Shown here one piece after another: positions 1-9,574 of a stretch of DNA of 64,000 nucleotides. The notes under the pieces are model-generated. The model was not told the origin of the DNA. It did not search any database and saw only the letters and a program-made list of their open reading frames with translations. The stretch covers positions 59,134 to 123,133 of the forward strand of contig JBFWRP010000001.1 in assembly GCA_050248855.1 (NCBI GenBank), written 5' to 3'. Positions within the stretch are counted from its first letter, which is position 1, and every line of letters begins with the position of its first letter. This DNA is from Planctomycetota bacterium (GTDB taxonomy: Bacteria > Planctomycetota > PLA2 > JAEUHO01). The position numbers and the translations under genes are program-made.

Positions 1-39
1 CGCTCGTCCGGCCCCGATGCATCCGGGCCGCCCGGCGGG

Positions 40-1650
40 TCACCGGGGCGTCGCGTCCCGCAGCGCCCGCCAGGCCCGCCCCATGAGGAGGCGGTAGGGG
101 CTGGTGCGCTCGCCCCTGGCACGCGCCGAGGCCAGGGCGGCCTCCAGATGGCCCAGGGCCTCCCGCGGCCGACCGGCCTCGAGGTGGCGCCGCGCGGCGT
201 TCTGGTGCGCGGAGAGGTGCCCGGCGTCCAGCTCCAGCGCCTCCTGGAAGGCCGCAAGCGCACCGACCTCGTCACCCGCGGCCGAGCGGGCCAGGCCGCG
301 GTCCGAGCGGATGTCCGGGTCGTAGGGGTCCAGCTCGACCGCCCGGTCGTAGGCCGCCACGGCCTCGCTGGCCTGGCCGCCGACCCGGAGCGTGTTGCCC
401 AGGTTGGCCCATGCCGTCGGGTCGTCCTCGCGCGCCGCGACGAGGGCCTCCTGGGCGCGCAGGCAGCGCGCGAGCAGGCGCCCGTCCGGGGCGTCCCGGT
501 GCAGGTTCTCGTAGTCGGCGCCGGCGATGGCCCAGAGCAGGTCGCCCGCTGCCGTGGACTCCGGATCGCGCCCGAGCTCGGCGACGGCCAGCTCGACGGC
601 TTCGTCGAGATCACCGGGCTTGCCCCGGGCCGCCAAGCGCGTGGCCAGCGCGGCGTCCGCACCTGCAACCTGGGCATCGCGCCTCTTGAGCGCCCGCCAG
701 GCCTCGATGGCCTCTTCGTTGCGCCCGGCCATCCCCAGCGCCTCGGCCCGGGTCGCTTCCAGGCTCGCCGGGGCGGTCCCCGCGTGCACCAGCGGCGCCA
801 GCGCATCGGCCAAGGGGGCAGCGGCCTCGGCAAAGCGTGCGGCGCGCAGCGCCTCGGCCTGCAGCGCCGCATCGTCCGGGGAGGCCGCCAACAGCTGTCC
901 GTACAGGCGCGCCGTCTGCATGGCATCGCGTGCCGCCGCGTACGAAGCCGCCGCCCCATGCACGTTGCCGGCCTCGAGGAACGCCTCGGCCGCGCCGCGG
1001 GCGTCCCCGGCCGCGTGCCGGGCGCGGGCCAAGGCGTCGGCAACCGGCTGGCGCCAACGCTCCGGCAGGCTGCCGCGATCCACGCGACCCAGTCGTTGCG
1101 CGGCGCCTTCGGCGTCGCCCCGCAAGGTCCGCGCCCAGCCCTCGGTGAAGAGGGCGCGCGCCCGCAGCTCGCCATCCAGGCCCTCTCCGTCCACGTGCTG
1201 CGCCCAGAGAGGTGCCAAGGCGTCGAGGGCGTCGGCCAGGAGCGTCGTCACGCCAAGGCCCCGCGTCACGCCCGCGCTGATGCGACGCTGCGCTTGGCGC
1301 AGCAGGTTCTCCGCCAGCGCGATGCGGTCCGCCGGGTCGCCACGCTCGCGGACGAGCCAGCCGCGCGCGTCCAGCGCGGCGGCGTCCTCGCCGCGCGCTT
1401 CGAGTCGAGCTGCCCAGGCCGCCTCGACACGTGCAGCGTCCTCGCCGCCGATCGCGCCGCTCGCCACCTCGTCGACGAGCGCGCGCAGCGGGGCATCCTC
1501 GTTCGCCGCGACGGCCGCGTCGAAGCGCGCCGGGAAGTCGGCCGCCTCCTCGCCGGCGTGGACACGAGCCGAGGCGTGGAGCATCGCACCCAAGGCCAGA
1601 GCGGCAGCCCACAGGGGGTGGCAGCGCATCAGCGGAGTCCTCCTACTCAC
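40..1650 (-). CDS. Secreted TPR-repeat protein
   Basis: N-terminal signal peptide (MRCHPLWAAALALGAMLHASA). C-terminal TPR-like repeats (AWANLGNTLRVGGQASEAVAAYDRAVELDPYDP...). Its 5' end overlaps the stop of the upstream cytochrome gene by 8 nt. An alternative start at the second Met is near 1629. Confidence 0.6.
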   Translation of the reverse strand: MSRRTPLMRCHPLWAAALALGAMLHASARVHAGEEAADFPARFDAAVAANEDAPLRALVDEVASGAIGGEDAARVEAAWAARLEARGEDAAALDARGWLVRERGDPADRIALAENLLRQAQRRISAGVTRGLGVTTLLADALDALAPLWAQHVDGEGLDGELRARALFTEGWARTLRGDAEGAAQRLGRVDRGSLPERWRQPVADALARARHAAGDARGAAEAFLEAGNVHGAAASYAAARDAMQTARLYGQLLAASPDDAALQAEALRAARFAEAAAPLADALAPLVHAGTAPASLEATRAEALGMAGRNEEAIEAWRALKRRDAQVAGADAALATRLAARGKPGDLDEAVELAVAELGRDPESTAAGDLLWAIAGADYENLHRDAPDGRLLARCLRAQEALVAAREDDPTAWANLGNTLRVGGQASEAVAAYDRAVELDPYDPDIRSDRGLARSAAGDEVGALAAFQEALELDAGHLSAHQNAARRHLEAGRPREALGHLEAALASARARGERTSPYRLLMGRAWRALRDATPR

Positions 1651-2821
1651 CGAACGTGAACGTCACGCGATGCACGACGCGGGCGACGGTCGTGTCCTCC
1701 ACGTCGTCGGGTCCTTCGCCAGCCTTCAGGCTGTCCTCGACGAGCGCGTCGCGCGGCGTGAGCCGGTACACGAGCCAGGCCTCGCCCCGTCCCTTCGGAA
1801 GGTCCGTCACGAAGCGCCCCGGGCCCTCGCCAAGCGTCGACACACGCGCCAACGGCGGGATCTGCGTGTCGTTCTTGCCCGAGCCCCGATAGAACTTGCG
1901 GAACTTGGCGAGGAACGACCGTTCCTGGTCGGCACGCTTGAGCGGGTCCAGCACGACGCGCCCGTCGGCGTCCCACAGCTTGATGTACGTGTCGAACGAG
2001 CGGTGGCGTGCATCGGTCGGGATGGCGTGCCCGGCCCCGCGGTTGGTGACGAAGACCTCGATCTCGAACCCCCCGCCGTCGGCAGGTCGGACGTCGACGT
2101 CCAGCGCCGAGGCGCGCTGCAGCATCGCGAAGCTGTGCCCGCCGCGCCACGTGTGGCTCCGCCCCTTGCGTACCACGCCACCGGGAACCAGCGGACGCTC
2201 GACCTCCGGCATGTGGCACGTGATGCAGGTCTCGGCGGGCCGCTGGCGTGGGAGGGGCGCCTCGGGGGCATAGGGTCCGGCCAGCCACTCGTTGCCCGTG
2301 TCGTGCTGGTTGTGGCACGGGAAGCAGATCTTCACGACGTCCCGCTGGCGCGGGTCGCCCACCGGACGACACGCCCCCTCGAGGCCGCCGAACGGGCCGG
2401 CTACGTTCGCACCATCCTGATGGCACGAGAGGCACGAGATGGCATCCTCGCGCCGCGACGCGCGAGCGACCGGGGTCTCGAACTGCGCTTCACGCAGCGA
2501 CACGGGCGCGTGGCAGCGGATGCACTCCTCCTTGTTGACGACGTCCTCGGAGAGCTCGAGGAAGAGCGGGTCGGACATGGCCTGGCCGTGGAAGGACTGC
2601 TTCCACTCCTCGTAGATCGCGCCGTGGCAACGACCGCAGGCCTCGGCCGAGAGGAACGCGGGCTCCGCGGGCGCGGGGAGTCCATCGACGGGGCCCGCCG
2701 ACGGGTCGGACGGTGCGCTCTCGGGGGGTGCCTTCGGCGTGGGCTCGCCGCACGCGATGGGCAACGCGGCGAGGAGGATCACCAACGGCAGCAGATGGCG
2801 CGCGGCCCGACGGGGGGTCAT
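1643..2821 (-). CDS. Pentaheme c-type cytochrome, probable lipoprotein
   Basis: Five CxxCH haem-binding motifs: CGRCH, CIRCH, CLSCH, CFPCH, CITCH. Internal Met start MTPRRAARHLLPLVILLAALPIAC gives a signal peptide with a lipobox-like Cys. The ATG overlaps the upstream ABC ATPase stop as ATGA. The 5' part of track ORF 1643..3115 beyond this Met is R/G-rich and non-coding in appearance. Confidence 0.8.
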   Translation of the reverse strand: MTPRRAARHLLPLVILLAALPIACGEPTPKAPPESAPSDPSAGPVDGLPAPAEPAFLSAEACGRCHGAIYEEWKQSFHGQAMSDPLFLELSEDVVNKEECIRCHAPVSLREAQFETPVARASRREDAISCLSCHQDGANVAGPFGGLEGACRPVGDPRQRDVVKICFPCHNQHDTGNEWLAGPYAPEAPLPRQRPAETCITCHMPEVERPLVPGGVVRKGRSHTWRGGHSFAMLQRASALDVDVRPADGGGFEIEVFVTNRGAGHAIPTDARHRSFDTYIKLWDADGRVVLDPLKRADQERSFLAKFRKFYRGSGKNDTQIPPLARVSTLGEGPGRFVTDLPKGRGEAWLVYRLTPRDALVEDSLKAGEGPDDVEDTTVARVVHRVTFTFGE

Positions 2822-3867
2822 GCAGCCTCCAAGGGGGTGACACGCGAAACGACGACGAGACCGACGGGCGCACCGGGCCGCGCGTCGACATCGGCCAGGG
2901 CCTCGACGCGCGTCCCGGCGACATCCGCGACGACGTGCGTGCCGTGGGCCGTCTCGAAGCGGTCGACCACGGTCGCCGCCACGCCCTCGTGCGGCGCGCG
3001 CGCCCGCACGTCCGCAGGGCGCAGCGCAAGCCTGACCGCGCGACCGTCCGTGGCGCCGGGACCGCCTGCCGGCTCCAAGGGGCCGAGCACGGTATCGAGC
3101 GCGGTCCCGCGCCACGTTGCCGGCAGCAGCGTGACGGCGCCAAAGGCGCGCGCGGCGGCCTCGGTGCGCGGGGCCCGAAGGACGTCGCGCGGGACGCCCG
3201 ACTCGGCCACACGGCCTGCCTCGAGGACGGCGACCTGGTCCGCGATCTCCAGGGCGTCATCGGGATCGTGCGTCACGAGGACGGCCGTGTGACGGCGCTC
3301 GCGGGCCAGCTCGCGCAACAAGGCACGCAGGGCTTGACGCCGCGTCGGGTCGACGTGGGCCAGGGGCTCGTCGTAGAGGACGAGCCCGGGCTCGGCGGCC
3401 AGCGTCCGGGCGATGGCGACGCGCTGCCGCTCGCCACCGGACAGCGCGCCCGGCCGGCGTCGTGCAAGCGCGGGCGGCAAGCCGACGCGATCGAACCACG
3501 CCGCGACCTCCGCACGACGACCGCGACCCGTCCCCGAGGCGCGCAGCGCAAACGCCACGTGATCGCCGGCCGTGAGGTGCGGCCAGAGCTCCAGGCCTTG
3601 GAACACGACGCCCACGCGACGCGCCTCCGGGGCCACGTGTACACCCTCGCCGTCCAGCAGGCGGTCGCCCAGACGCACGGTCCCGCTTCGCGGGCGCACG
3701 AGACCGGCCAACGCCCGCAGCAGCGTCGTCTTGCCGGCGCCACTCGTGCCGAGGAGCGCCAGCGTCGTCTCCGCCTCGTGGTCGAACGTGATGCCATGGA
3801 GCACGGCCGGCGCAGCGGCGTGGGGCGCCACGACGAGCTCGCGTACGGAGAGGGACTGGCCGTTCAT
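2818..3867 (-). CDS. ABC transporter ATP-binding protein with C-terminal TOBE-like domain (ModC/FbpC/PotA-like)
   Basis: Walker A GTSGAGKTT, ABC signature LSGGERQRVAIAR, Walker B LVLYDEPLAHVD, H-loop VTHD. A C-terminal transport-associated OB-like extension of about 110 aa. Start MNGQSL at 3867 overlaps the HEAT protein stop (ATGA). Confidence 0.85.
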   Translation of the reverse strand: MNGQSLSVRELVVAPHAAAPAVLHGITFDHEAETTLALLGTSGAGKTTLLRALAGLVRPRSGTVRLGDRLLDGEGVHVAPEARRVGVVFQGLELWPHLTAGDHVAFALRASGTGRGRRAEVAAWFDRVGLPPALARRRPGALSGGERQRVAIARTLAAEPGLVLYDEPLAHVDPTRRQALRALLRELARERRHTAVLVTHDPDDALEIADQVAVLEAGRVAESGVPRDVLRAPRTEAAARAFGAVTLLPATWRGTALDTVLGPLEPAGGPGATDGRAVRLALRPADVRARAPHEGVAATVVDRFETAHGTHVVADVAGTRVEALADVDARPGAPVGLVVVSRVTPLEAA

Positions 3868-5840
3868 CGGGAACCTCGCTCGGCCAGCGCGTTCCACGCG
3901 GCGTCGACCTGCGCTCGCGTGACGTGGCGGGCCGTCTCGTCCCCCGGCTCCGACTGCGCGTCGTGGACGTGGGCCGGGAGGTCGAGGGCGCGCCGCAGCA
4001 GATCCCACCACGCGTGGCGCTGCTCGCGCGTCGGGGCCGCGAGGCCGGCCGCGACAACGCCCCACACCGCCTGCGGGCCCTCCTGCACCAGGCGCCCCAC
4101 GGTCCAGGCCCGCTGGGCGTCGCGTCCGTCCGGTGCAAGGTCCGCCAGGGCCTTCGCCACGCGCGCATCGCGCGGCGCGCCCACGAGACCGCCGAGCGCC
4201 GCGACGCGCACCTCCTCCAGGGGATCCTGCAGCAAGCGCAGCAACACCTCGAGGGCCGCGGGTACGGTGCGCGCGTAGGCCCCCAGGGCGACCGCCGCGC
4301 GCGCGCGGACCATCGGCCGTGCGTCCGTGGCCAGGTCGTCGAGCGCGGGCACGGCGCGCGGATCGCGGACGAGACCCAGCGCGAGGGCGATCTCGCTGCG
4401 GGCCACGGGGCGGACGGCCGTGGCGGCGGCCTCGACGAGTGCCGGCGTCATCGGCGGACCGATCAGCTCGATGGCGGCCTTCGAGATGATGAAGCGGCGC
4501 GCGTCGTTCTCGCGCAGGTTGTGGACGAGCTGGCGCGAAGCGGCCTGGAACGAGGGCGCCGTCTCGTCGAACGCCGTGCGCAGGAGGTCGCCCTGGTCCC
4601 GGCGCTCGTGCCACCAAGCGGCCAAGGCCTCGAACGCCGCCTGACGCTGCGGGATGCCCGCATCGGGCGTGAAGCCGTGGGCGGGAGCGCCCGGCAGATG
4701 CCGCTCGAGCGCATCCGTCGCCTCCTGCAGGACGCGGATGCGGAAACGCGCGCGACGTGGATCCAGCTGGCGCTCGATCAAGTAGCCCGCCGCACGCGGT
4801 ACGCCAAGGCGCAGCAAGGCTTCGCACGCCGCCGCATCGACGGCGAAGTAGTCGATGTTGGGCCACTCGCTCGCGGGGATGGGCGTGTCCGAGCTGCCGG
4901 GGTACTCCCAGCGATCGCGCGCGCGGATGCCGTCGCTCAGCACGCACAGGTGCCAGGCGAGGGCGGGTGCCGCCCCGGGGTCGCCGAGGTCGCCGAGCGC
5001 CGAAGCGGCCACCGTGCGCAGCCAGCCGTCGTCGGCGGCCAGCGCGCGCTCGAGATCCTCGCGCACGCGCGTGTCGCCCAGTCGACCCAGGGCCAGCGCC
5101 GCGCGGGCAGCGCGTGGCGTCCGACCGTCGGCGCCGGGGAGGTGGTTCGCCCTGCGCAGCGCGGCGAGGAGCACGTTGGCGGCGCGGCCCCGCAGCTCGT
5201 CGACGAGCCGATCGAGGCCGCGCGTCATGCGCTCGGCGTCGTCGGCCGACGCGTCGTCCAGCGCGGCGAGCGCCGGCGCCTCGCGCCGCAGGAGGTCGGT
5301 CACCGCCCCCACCGGCGAGGCGATCCCCTCCGCGAGGTCGGGGTGGAACGCCAAGTCCAGCATCAAGGCCTCCGCCACGGACGGCGAGGGGGGCCAGCGC
5401 CCCGTGATCCACGCGGGGTCGGTGTCGCGTGCGCCCAGCATCCACGCGGCGGTGGCGCGTGCGGCGCGTCGATCGGGGGCATCGACCTCGTCGGCGCGGG
5501 GCCAGGCGTCGCGGGCCGCGGCCGTCGCGAGCGATCCCACGTCCGCTTCGGTCAAGGCGCGGACCGCGAGGCCGAGCCCCACGTCGTCGTCAAACGCCGC
5601 CATGCGGGGCGCGACCTCCAGCGTGGCGACGGGGTCGGCAAGGCGCGGCTGCTCCAGGACGAGGGCCGCGGCTGCCAACCGCTCGGCGCGGCTTGCCGAC
5701 TCCCGTAGGAGGCGGTCGAGCGCGACGCGGGCCTGGGAGGCCGGAGCCTCGCCGGCCCACGCGGGAGCACGTGGTCCGCCCGCCACGGCGCATGTCACCG
5801 CCAGCAGGCCTGCTGTCACCCAAGCGCGACGGTCATGCAT
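3864..5840 (-). CDS. Secreted HEAT/PBS-lyase-repeat protein
   Basis: Internal Met MHDRRAWVTAGLLAVTCAVAGG looks like a signal peptide. Repeated ALG.LGD...A...L motifs typical of HEAT/PBS-lyase repeats. Start at 5840 overlaps the cca stop by 8 nt. Confidence 0.65.
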   Translation of the reverse strand: MHDRRAWVTAGLLAVTCAVAGGPRAPAWAGEAPASQARVALDRLLRESASRAERLAAAALVLEQPRLADPVATLEVAPRMAAFDDDVGLGLAVRALTEADVGSLATAAARDAWPRADEVDAPDRRAARATAAWMLGARDTDPAWITGRWPPSPSVAEALMLDLAFHPDLAEGIASPVGAVTDLLRREAPALAALDDASADDAERMTRGLDRLVDELRGRAANVLLAALRRANHLPGADGRTPRAARAALALGRLGDTRVREDLERALAADDGWLRTVAASALGDLGDPGAAPALAWHLCVLSDGIRARDRWEYPGSSDTPIPASEWPNIDYFAVDAAACEALLRLGVPRAAGYLIERQLDPRRARFRIRVLQEATDALERHLPGAPAHGFTPDAGIPQRQAAFEALAAWWHERRDQGDLLRTAFDETAPSFQAASRQLVHNLRENDARRFIISKAAIELIGPPMTPALVEAAATAVRPVARSEIALALGLVRDPRAVPALDDLATDARPMVRARAAVALGAYARTVPAALEVLLRLLQDPLEEVRVAALGGLVGAPRDARVAKALADLAPDGRDAQRAWTVGRLVQEGPQAVWGVVAAGLAAPTREQRHAWWDLLRRALDLPAHVHDAQSEPGDETARHVTRAQVDAAWNALAERGSR

Positions 5841-7245
5841 CGGTCGGCGGCTCCTGGTCAGGCACGGGGTACCGGTCCCGCACGGCGCGTACCGCGGCGT
5901 CGCGATCCACGAGGCGGCCCTCCAGCTGCTCGTCCTGGACCCAGGCGAGGATGCGTCCCATGTCGGGTCCCGGACGGTGGCCGAGCGCGAGCAGGTCCTT
6001 GCCCGTGAGCAGCGGCTCGGGGACGGCCGGCTCCGCGGCAAGCTCCGCGCGGGCGGCTTGCAGGAAGTCGAGCACGTCACGGGCTCCGTGCGAAGCGCCG
6101 CAGTCGGCGGCGTGGAGCCTGAGGTGCAGGTCGAAGTCCGGCTCGGCCAGGAAGCGACGCAGCGTGGCCCGGCGCATGTGCGGCGTGGCCGCAATGCGCA
6201 TGTGCTGTCCGATCAGCGCCGCCACGCGTTCGCGTGTGCGCCGGGGGAGGCGCAGTCGCTCGAGCAGCTGCTCGGCCGCGTCCACGCCCTGCGCATCGTG
6301 GCCGTGGAACACGATGCGCCCGTCGGGTTCGCGCCGGAACGTGGTGGGCTTGGCGACGTCGTGCAAGAGCGCGGCCCAGAGCAGGACCTCCTCGGCGCGA
6401 CGCGCCTCGGCCTCGGCCTCCACGTCGTCCTCGGCGGCGGCGGGTCGGGGCGGGAATCGCGTGCCGTCCAGCACCAAGGCGGTGTGCACGAACACGTCCC
6501 CCTCGGGATGCCAGCGCGGTGGCTGGGGCACGCCGCGCATGGCCTCGATCTCGGGCAGCACGACGGGCAGGAGGCGCAGGTCGCGAAGGAGCCGCAGCGC
6601 GCGGCCGCGACCGTGGCGCAGGATCTTCCCCAGCTCGTCGCGCACGCGCTCGGCCGACACCTCGGCGACACGCGGCGCCATGTCGCGCACCGCGGCTTGC
6701 GTACCGGGCTCCAGCGCGAACCCCAGCTGCAGGGCGAACCGCGCGGCGCGCAGGATCCGCAGGTGGTCCTCCTCGAAGCGATCGTGCGCGTCGCCGATGG
6801 CGCGCAGCAAGCGGGCTGCGAGGTCCGCGCGACCGCCGACGTGGTCGTGGATCGCGCCGGTCTCCGGGTCTTCGAACAACCCGTTGACCGTGAAGTCGCG
6901 GCGCGTGGCGTCCGTGGGCGCGTCGCTGAACGTGACGTCGTCCGGCCGGCGCCCGTCCACGTAGCAGCCGTCCGCGCGGAACGTCGCCACCTCGACGGGG
7001 CCGGCGGGCCGCGGGATCACGAGGACGCCGAACTTCGCGCCCACGGTCACCGCTTCGGGGAAGAGCGCCTCCCCCACCTCGGGGCGCGCACTGGTGGCGA
7101 TGTCCACGTCCAGCGGCGCTCGCCCGAGCAAGCGGTCGCGGACGGCGCCGCCGCAGAGGAGGGCCTCGTGCCCCGCGTCCCGCAGGCGACGGGCAACGCC
7201 CCGGGCTTCCTCCATGCGGCGATGGGCCAGCGGCTCGTGGCTCAT
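5833..7245 (-). CDS. cca: CCA-adding tRNA nucleotidyltransferase (class II, HD domain)
   Basis: Pol-beta nucleotidyltransferase head (LCGGAVRDRLLG, RRDFTVNGL) followed by HD-domain motifs (HDVAKP, HGHD). Confidence 0.8.
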   Translation of the reverse strand: MSHEPLAHRRMEEARGVARRLRDAGHEALLCGGAVRDRLLGRAPLDVDIATSARPEVGEALFPEAVTVGAKFGVLVIPRPAGPVEVATFRADGCYVDGRRPDDVTFSDAPTDATRRDFTVNGLFEDPETGAIHDHVGGRADLAARLLRAIGDAHDRFEEDHLRILRAARFALQLGFALEPGTQAAVRDMAPRVAEVSAERVRDELGKILRHGRGRALRLLRDLRLLPVVLPEIEAMRGVPQPPRWHPEGDVFVHTALVLDGTRFPPRPAAAEDDVEAEAEARRAEEVLLWAALLHDVAKPTTFRREPDGRIVFHGHDAQGVDAAEQLLERLRLPRRTRERVAALIGQHMRIAATPHMRRATLRRFLAEPDFDLHLRLHAADCGASHGARDVLDFLQAARAELAAEPAVPEPLLTGKDLLALGHRPGPDMGRILAWVQDEQLEGRLVDRDAAVRAVRDRYPVPDQEPPTDA

Positions 7246-7321
7246 GCCGCCTTCCGGCGGTCGATCGGTGGGAGGGTGGGCGCTCGCACGGGCCGATTGA
7301 ACCCCGCCGACGAGCCCGATC

Positions 7322-9574
7322 CTACGAGCCGGCCTGCTCCGGTGCGGTCGGCGTCAGGGCGTCCGCGAGCGCCTGGAGCTCGCTGCGCACCTCCGCGGGC
7401 CAGTGGCCGCCGCCGTAGCGGACGTGTTCCTCCCAGGCCGTCAGGCGACGCAGGGAGCGGGCAGCGCGCGGGTGGCGCGTTGCCGCCTGCGTCTCGAGCT
7501 CGCGCGGCGTGGCCGACGGGGCCCGGCGGACGCCACGAGCCCGCAGCAGGGCCAGCATCTCCGCGTACGGGCCCGTCGGGCCGGCGGCCTTCGTCGCGGG
7601 CGCACGCCGACCCGAACGCCGCCGGGCGAGGCGCAGCGCGACGAGGGCGAGGAGCACGACCAGGGGGACGCCGGCCCACGCGCTCTGCGGACCGAAGAGG
7701 AGGGCCAGCAGGCGCTCGCCGCGCTTGGCGACGCTCGTCCAGAGCCCTGTCCAGCCCTCGCGGTCCAAGTCGAACCAAGGGGCCTCGCCTCGTCCACCCT
7801 GGACTTCCACGGTGTGCGTCTGGGCGTCGACCGCGCGACGATCCGGAGGCGTGGGGTTGAGGGGAACCCAGCCGGCTCCATCGAGGTAGATCTCGGCCCA
7901 GGCGTGATAGTGCGTGCCGCGCATGACGAGGCTGCGCCGCTCGTCGCTGGTGGCGTCGCCGCCCCAGAACCCGCGCACGTAACGAGCGGGATGCCCCAGG
8001 CTGCGGAGCAGCACCACGAGGGACGTGGCGTAGCACTCGCAGTGCCCCTGCCGCACGCGGAACAGGAAGTCCGCCACGCGACGGCTGGGGTCGAGCGGCG
8101 GCTGCGCGAGGCTGTACACGAACTCGGGTCCGCGCAGCCACGCCTCCAGGCGCTGCGCCCGCAGCCACGGGTCCATCTCGCTCCCGACGACCTCGCGGGC
8201 CAACGGCAGTACCTCGGCCCGGAGGTCGTCGGGGAGCTGCAGCCACGCGCGCAACGGGCTGACCGCCGCGTCGCTCCTGCGTCCGCCAAGCCACGGCGTG
8301 TCTCGCGGCAGCGGTCGCGAGGTCTGGCGGATCTCGTCGCCTGCCTCGACGCGACGTGCAGCCGTCCACGTACCGTCGTCACGGCGGCGGACCCCTTCGC
8401 GCGTGATCGTGCGTCCGGCGCGATGGATCGAGACGTCCAGCACCTGCTCCTCGAGGAACAGGCGGCGGTGCCCGCCTTGCAGGACCTCGATCGAGAGCCG
8501 TCGGGGCGTACCGGGGCCCGGCCGCTCGTCCACCACGACCTCGCCCGCGGCGTTCGCGCGGTAGAGCAGCGGATCGCGCACGAGCGCTTCGGGTGCTCGC
8601 CAGCTGCCGTCGCTGGCCACCTGCGAGAGTGCGTTCTCGCGCAGCACGACGTCGCGCGGCGCGCCGATCTCGTCGAGGAGCCGGACTTCGAAGAACGGCC
8701 GCGCCGAGGCCTGGATCCGCGCAACGCCCCCGAACGGCACGACGGCCGCGTCGGCGTTGTCCCGTAGATCGGGACCCGTGACGCCCGTGCGCCCGCCCTC
8801 GCGCGAGCCGACGCGGGCATCTTCCTCCGCGAAGGGCGAGGGGCCCGTCTCGGCCGTGGCCACCTCGCGCACCCAGGTGGCGAGGCCGCGCGGTGCGAGC
8901 GCGTAGAGCAACAGCGTCAGGGGCAGCGCCACGACGAGGAAGCGGAGCGCGAACCCCGCGAGGGGACGGAGCCCCGGCGCCGCGCCCTCGGCGACGAGCC
9001 TGCGCACGCCCGGCACCTCGCGTCCGCGCACGGTGGCCGGGTCGCGTTCCAACAGCAGGACCGTCCAGCCGAGCGCACTTGCGAAGGCCAGCACGACGAG
9101 CAGGCCGAGGGCGCCCGGCCATGCGGCCACCGAGGCGACGACCTGCACGGCAGCAAGGAACAGGACGAGGTACGCCGCCGTCGGCCGCGGTGTACGCACG
9201 AGCAGGCCGATCTGCGCGACGCCGAGCAGCACCAGGAGCGTGGCGTAGGCGCGCTCGGGGACGTCGCGAAGCACGTGCAGCGCACCGAGCACGAGGACGG
9301 GCGCCAGCGCTGCGGCCAGGCGCGGCCCCCAGCGCCCGGCCAACAACGGCCCGTCGGCGCCCCTCCGTCGCAGCGCCCGGACCAGCACGGGCAGCGCGAC
9401 GAGCGCCGGGAGGGCCCGCGGCACGCCGGGCACGACCAGCCCGAGCGCCGTCGCCGCGACGGCCACGAGGTGCGCGCTGGTCCGTGCCGGTCCGGACAGG
9501 ACTCCGCGTACGAGGCGCGTCGCGCCGCGTTCCGCGTGTGCGGCGTGCGGGTGGGCCGGCGCGGAGACGCTCAC
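7322..9574 (-). CDS. Transglutaminase-like membrane protein (TgpA-like; DUF3488 / transglutaminase core / DUF4129 architecture)
   Basis: Several N-terminal TM helices, transglutaminase core (GHCECYATSLVVLLRSLGHPARYVRGF), and a C-terminal TM. Proposed GTG start at 9574 overlaps the DUF58 stop (GTGA). The N-terminal about 140 codons of track ORF 7322..10000 look non-coding. Confidence 0.75.
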   Translation of the reverse strand: MSVSAPAHPHAAHAERGATRLVRGVLSGPARTSAHLVAVAATALGLVVPGVPRALPALVALPVLVRALRRRGADGPLLAGRWGPRLAAALAPVLVLGALHVLRDVPERAYATLLVLLGVAQIGLLVRTPRPTAAYLVLFLAAVQVVASVAAWPGALGLLVVLAFASALGWTVLLLERDPATVRGREVPGVRRLVAEGAAPGLRPLAGFALRFLVVALPLTLLLYALAPRGLATWVREVATAETGPSPFAEEDARVGSREGGRTGVTGPDLRDNADAAVVPFGGVARIQASARPFFEVRLLDEIGAPRDVVLRENALSQVASDGSWRAPEALVRDPLLYRANAAGEVVVDERPGPGTPRRLSIEVLQGGHRRLFLEEQVLDVSIHRAGRTITREGVRRRDDGTWTAARRVEAGDEIRQTSRPLPRDTPWLGGRRSDAAVSPLRAWLQLPDDLRAEVLPLAREVVGSEMDPWLRAQRLEAWLRGPEFVYSLAQPPLDPSRRVADFLFRVRQGHCECYATSLVVLLRSLGHPARYVRGFWGGDATSDERRSLVMRGTHYHAWAEIYLDGAGWVPLNPTPPDRRAVDAQTHTVEVQGGRGEAPWFDLDREGWTGLWTSVAKRGERLLALLFGPQSAWAGVPLVVLLALVALRLARRRSGRRAPATKAAGPTGPYAEMLALLRARGVRRAPSATPRELETQAATRHPRAARSLRRLTAWEEHVRYGGGHWPAEVRSELQALADALTPTAPEQAGS

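Noticed and set aside
527-3292. 921-aa plus-strand ORF spanning the TPR and cytochrome region
   Set aside because: Extreme A/S/R/P composition and no motifs. It is antisense to genes with clear family signatures, so it is a classic high-GC shadow ORF.
4855-7860. 1001-aa plus-strand ORF
   Set aside because: Antisense to the HEAT-repeat gene and cca. Arg/Ala/Ser/Pro-rich low-complexity translation with no domains.
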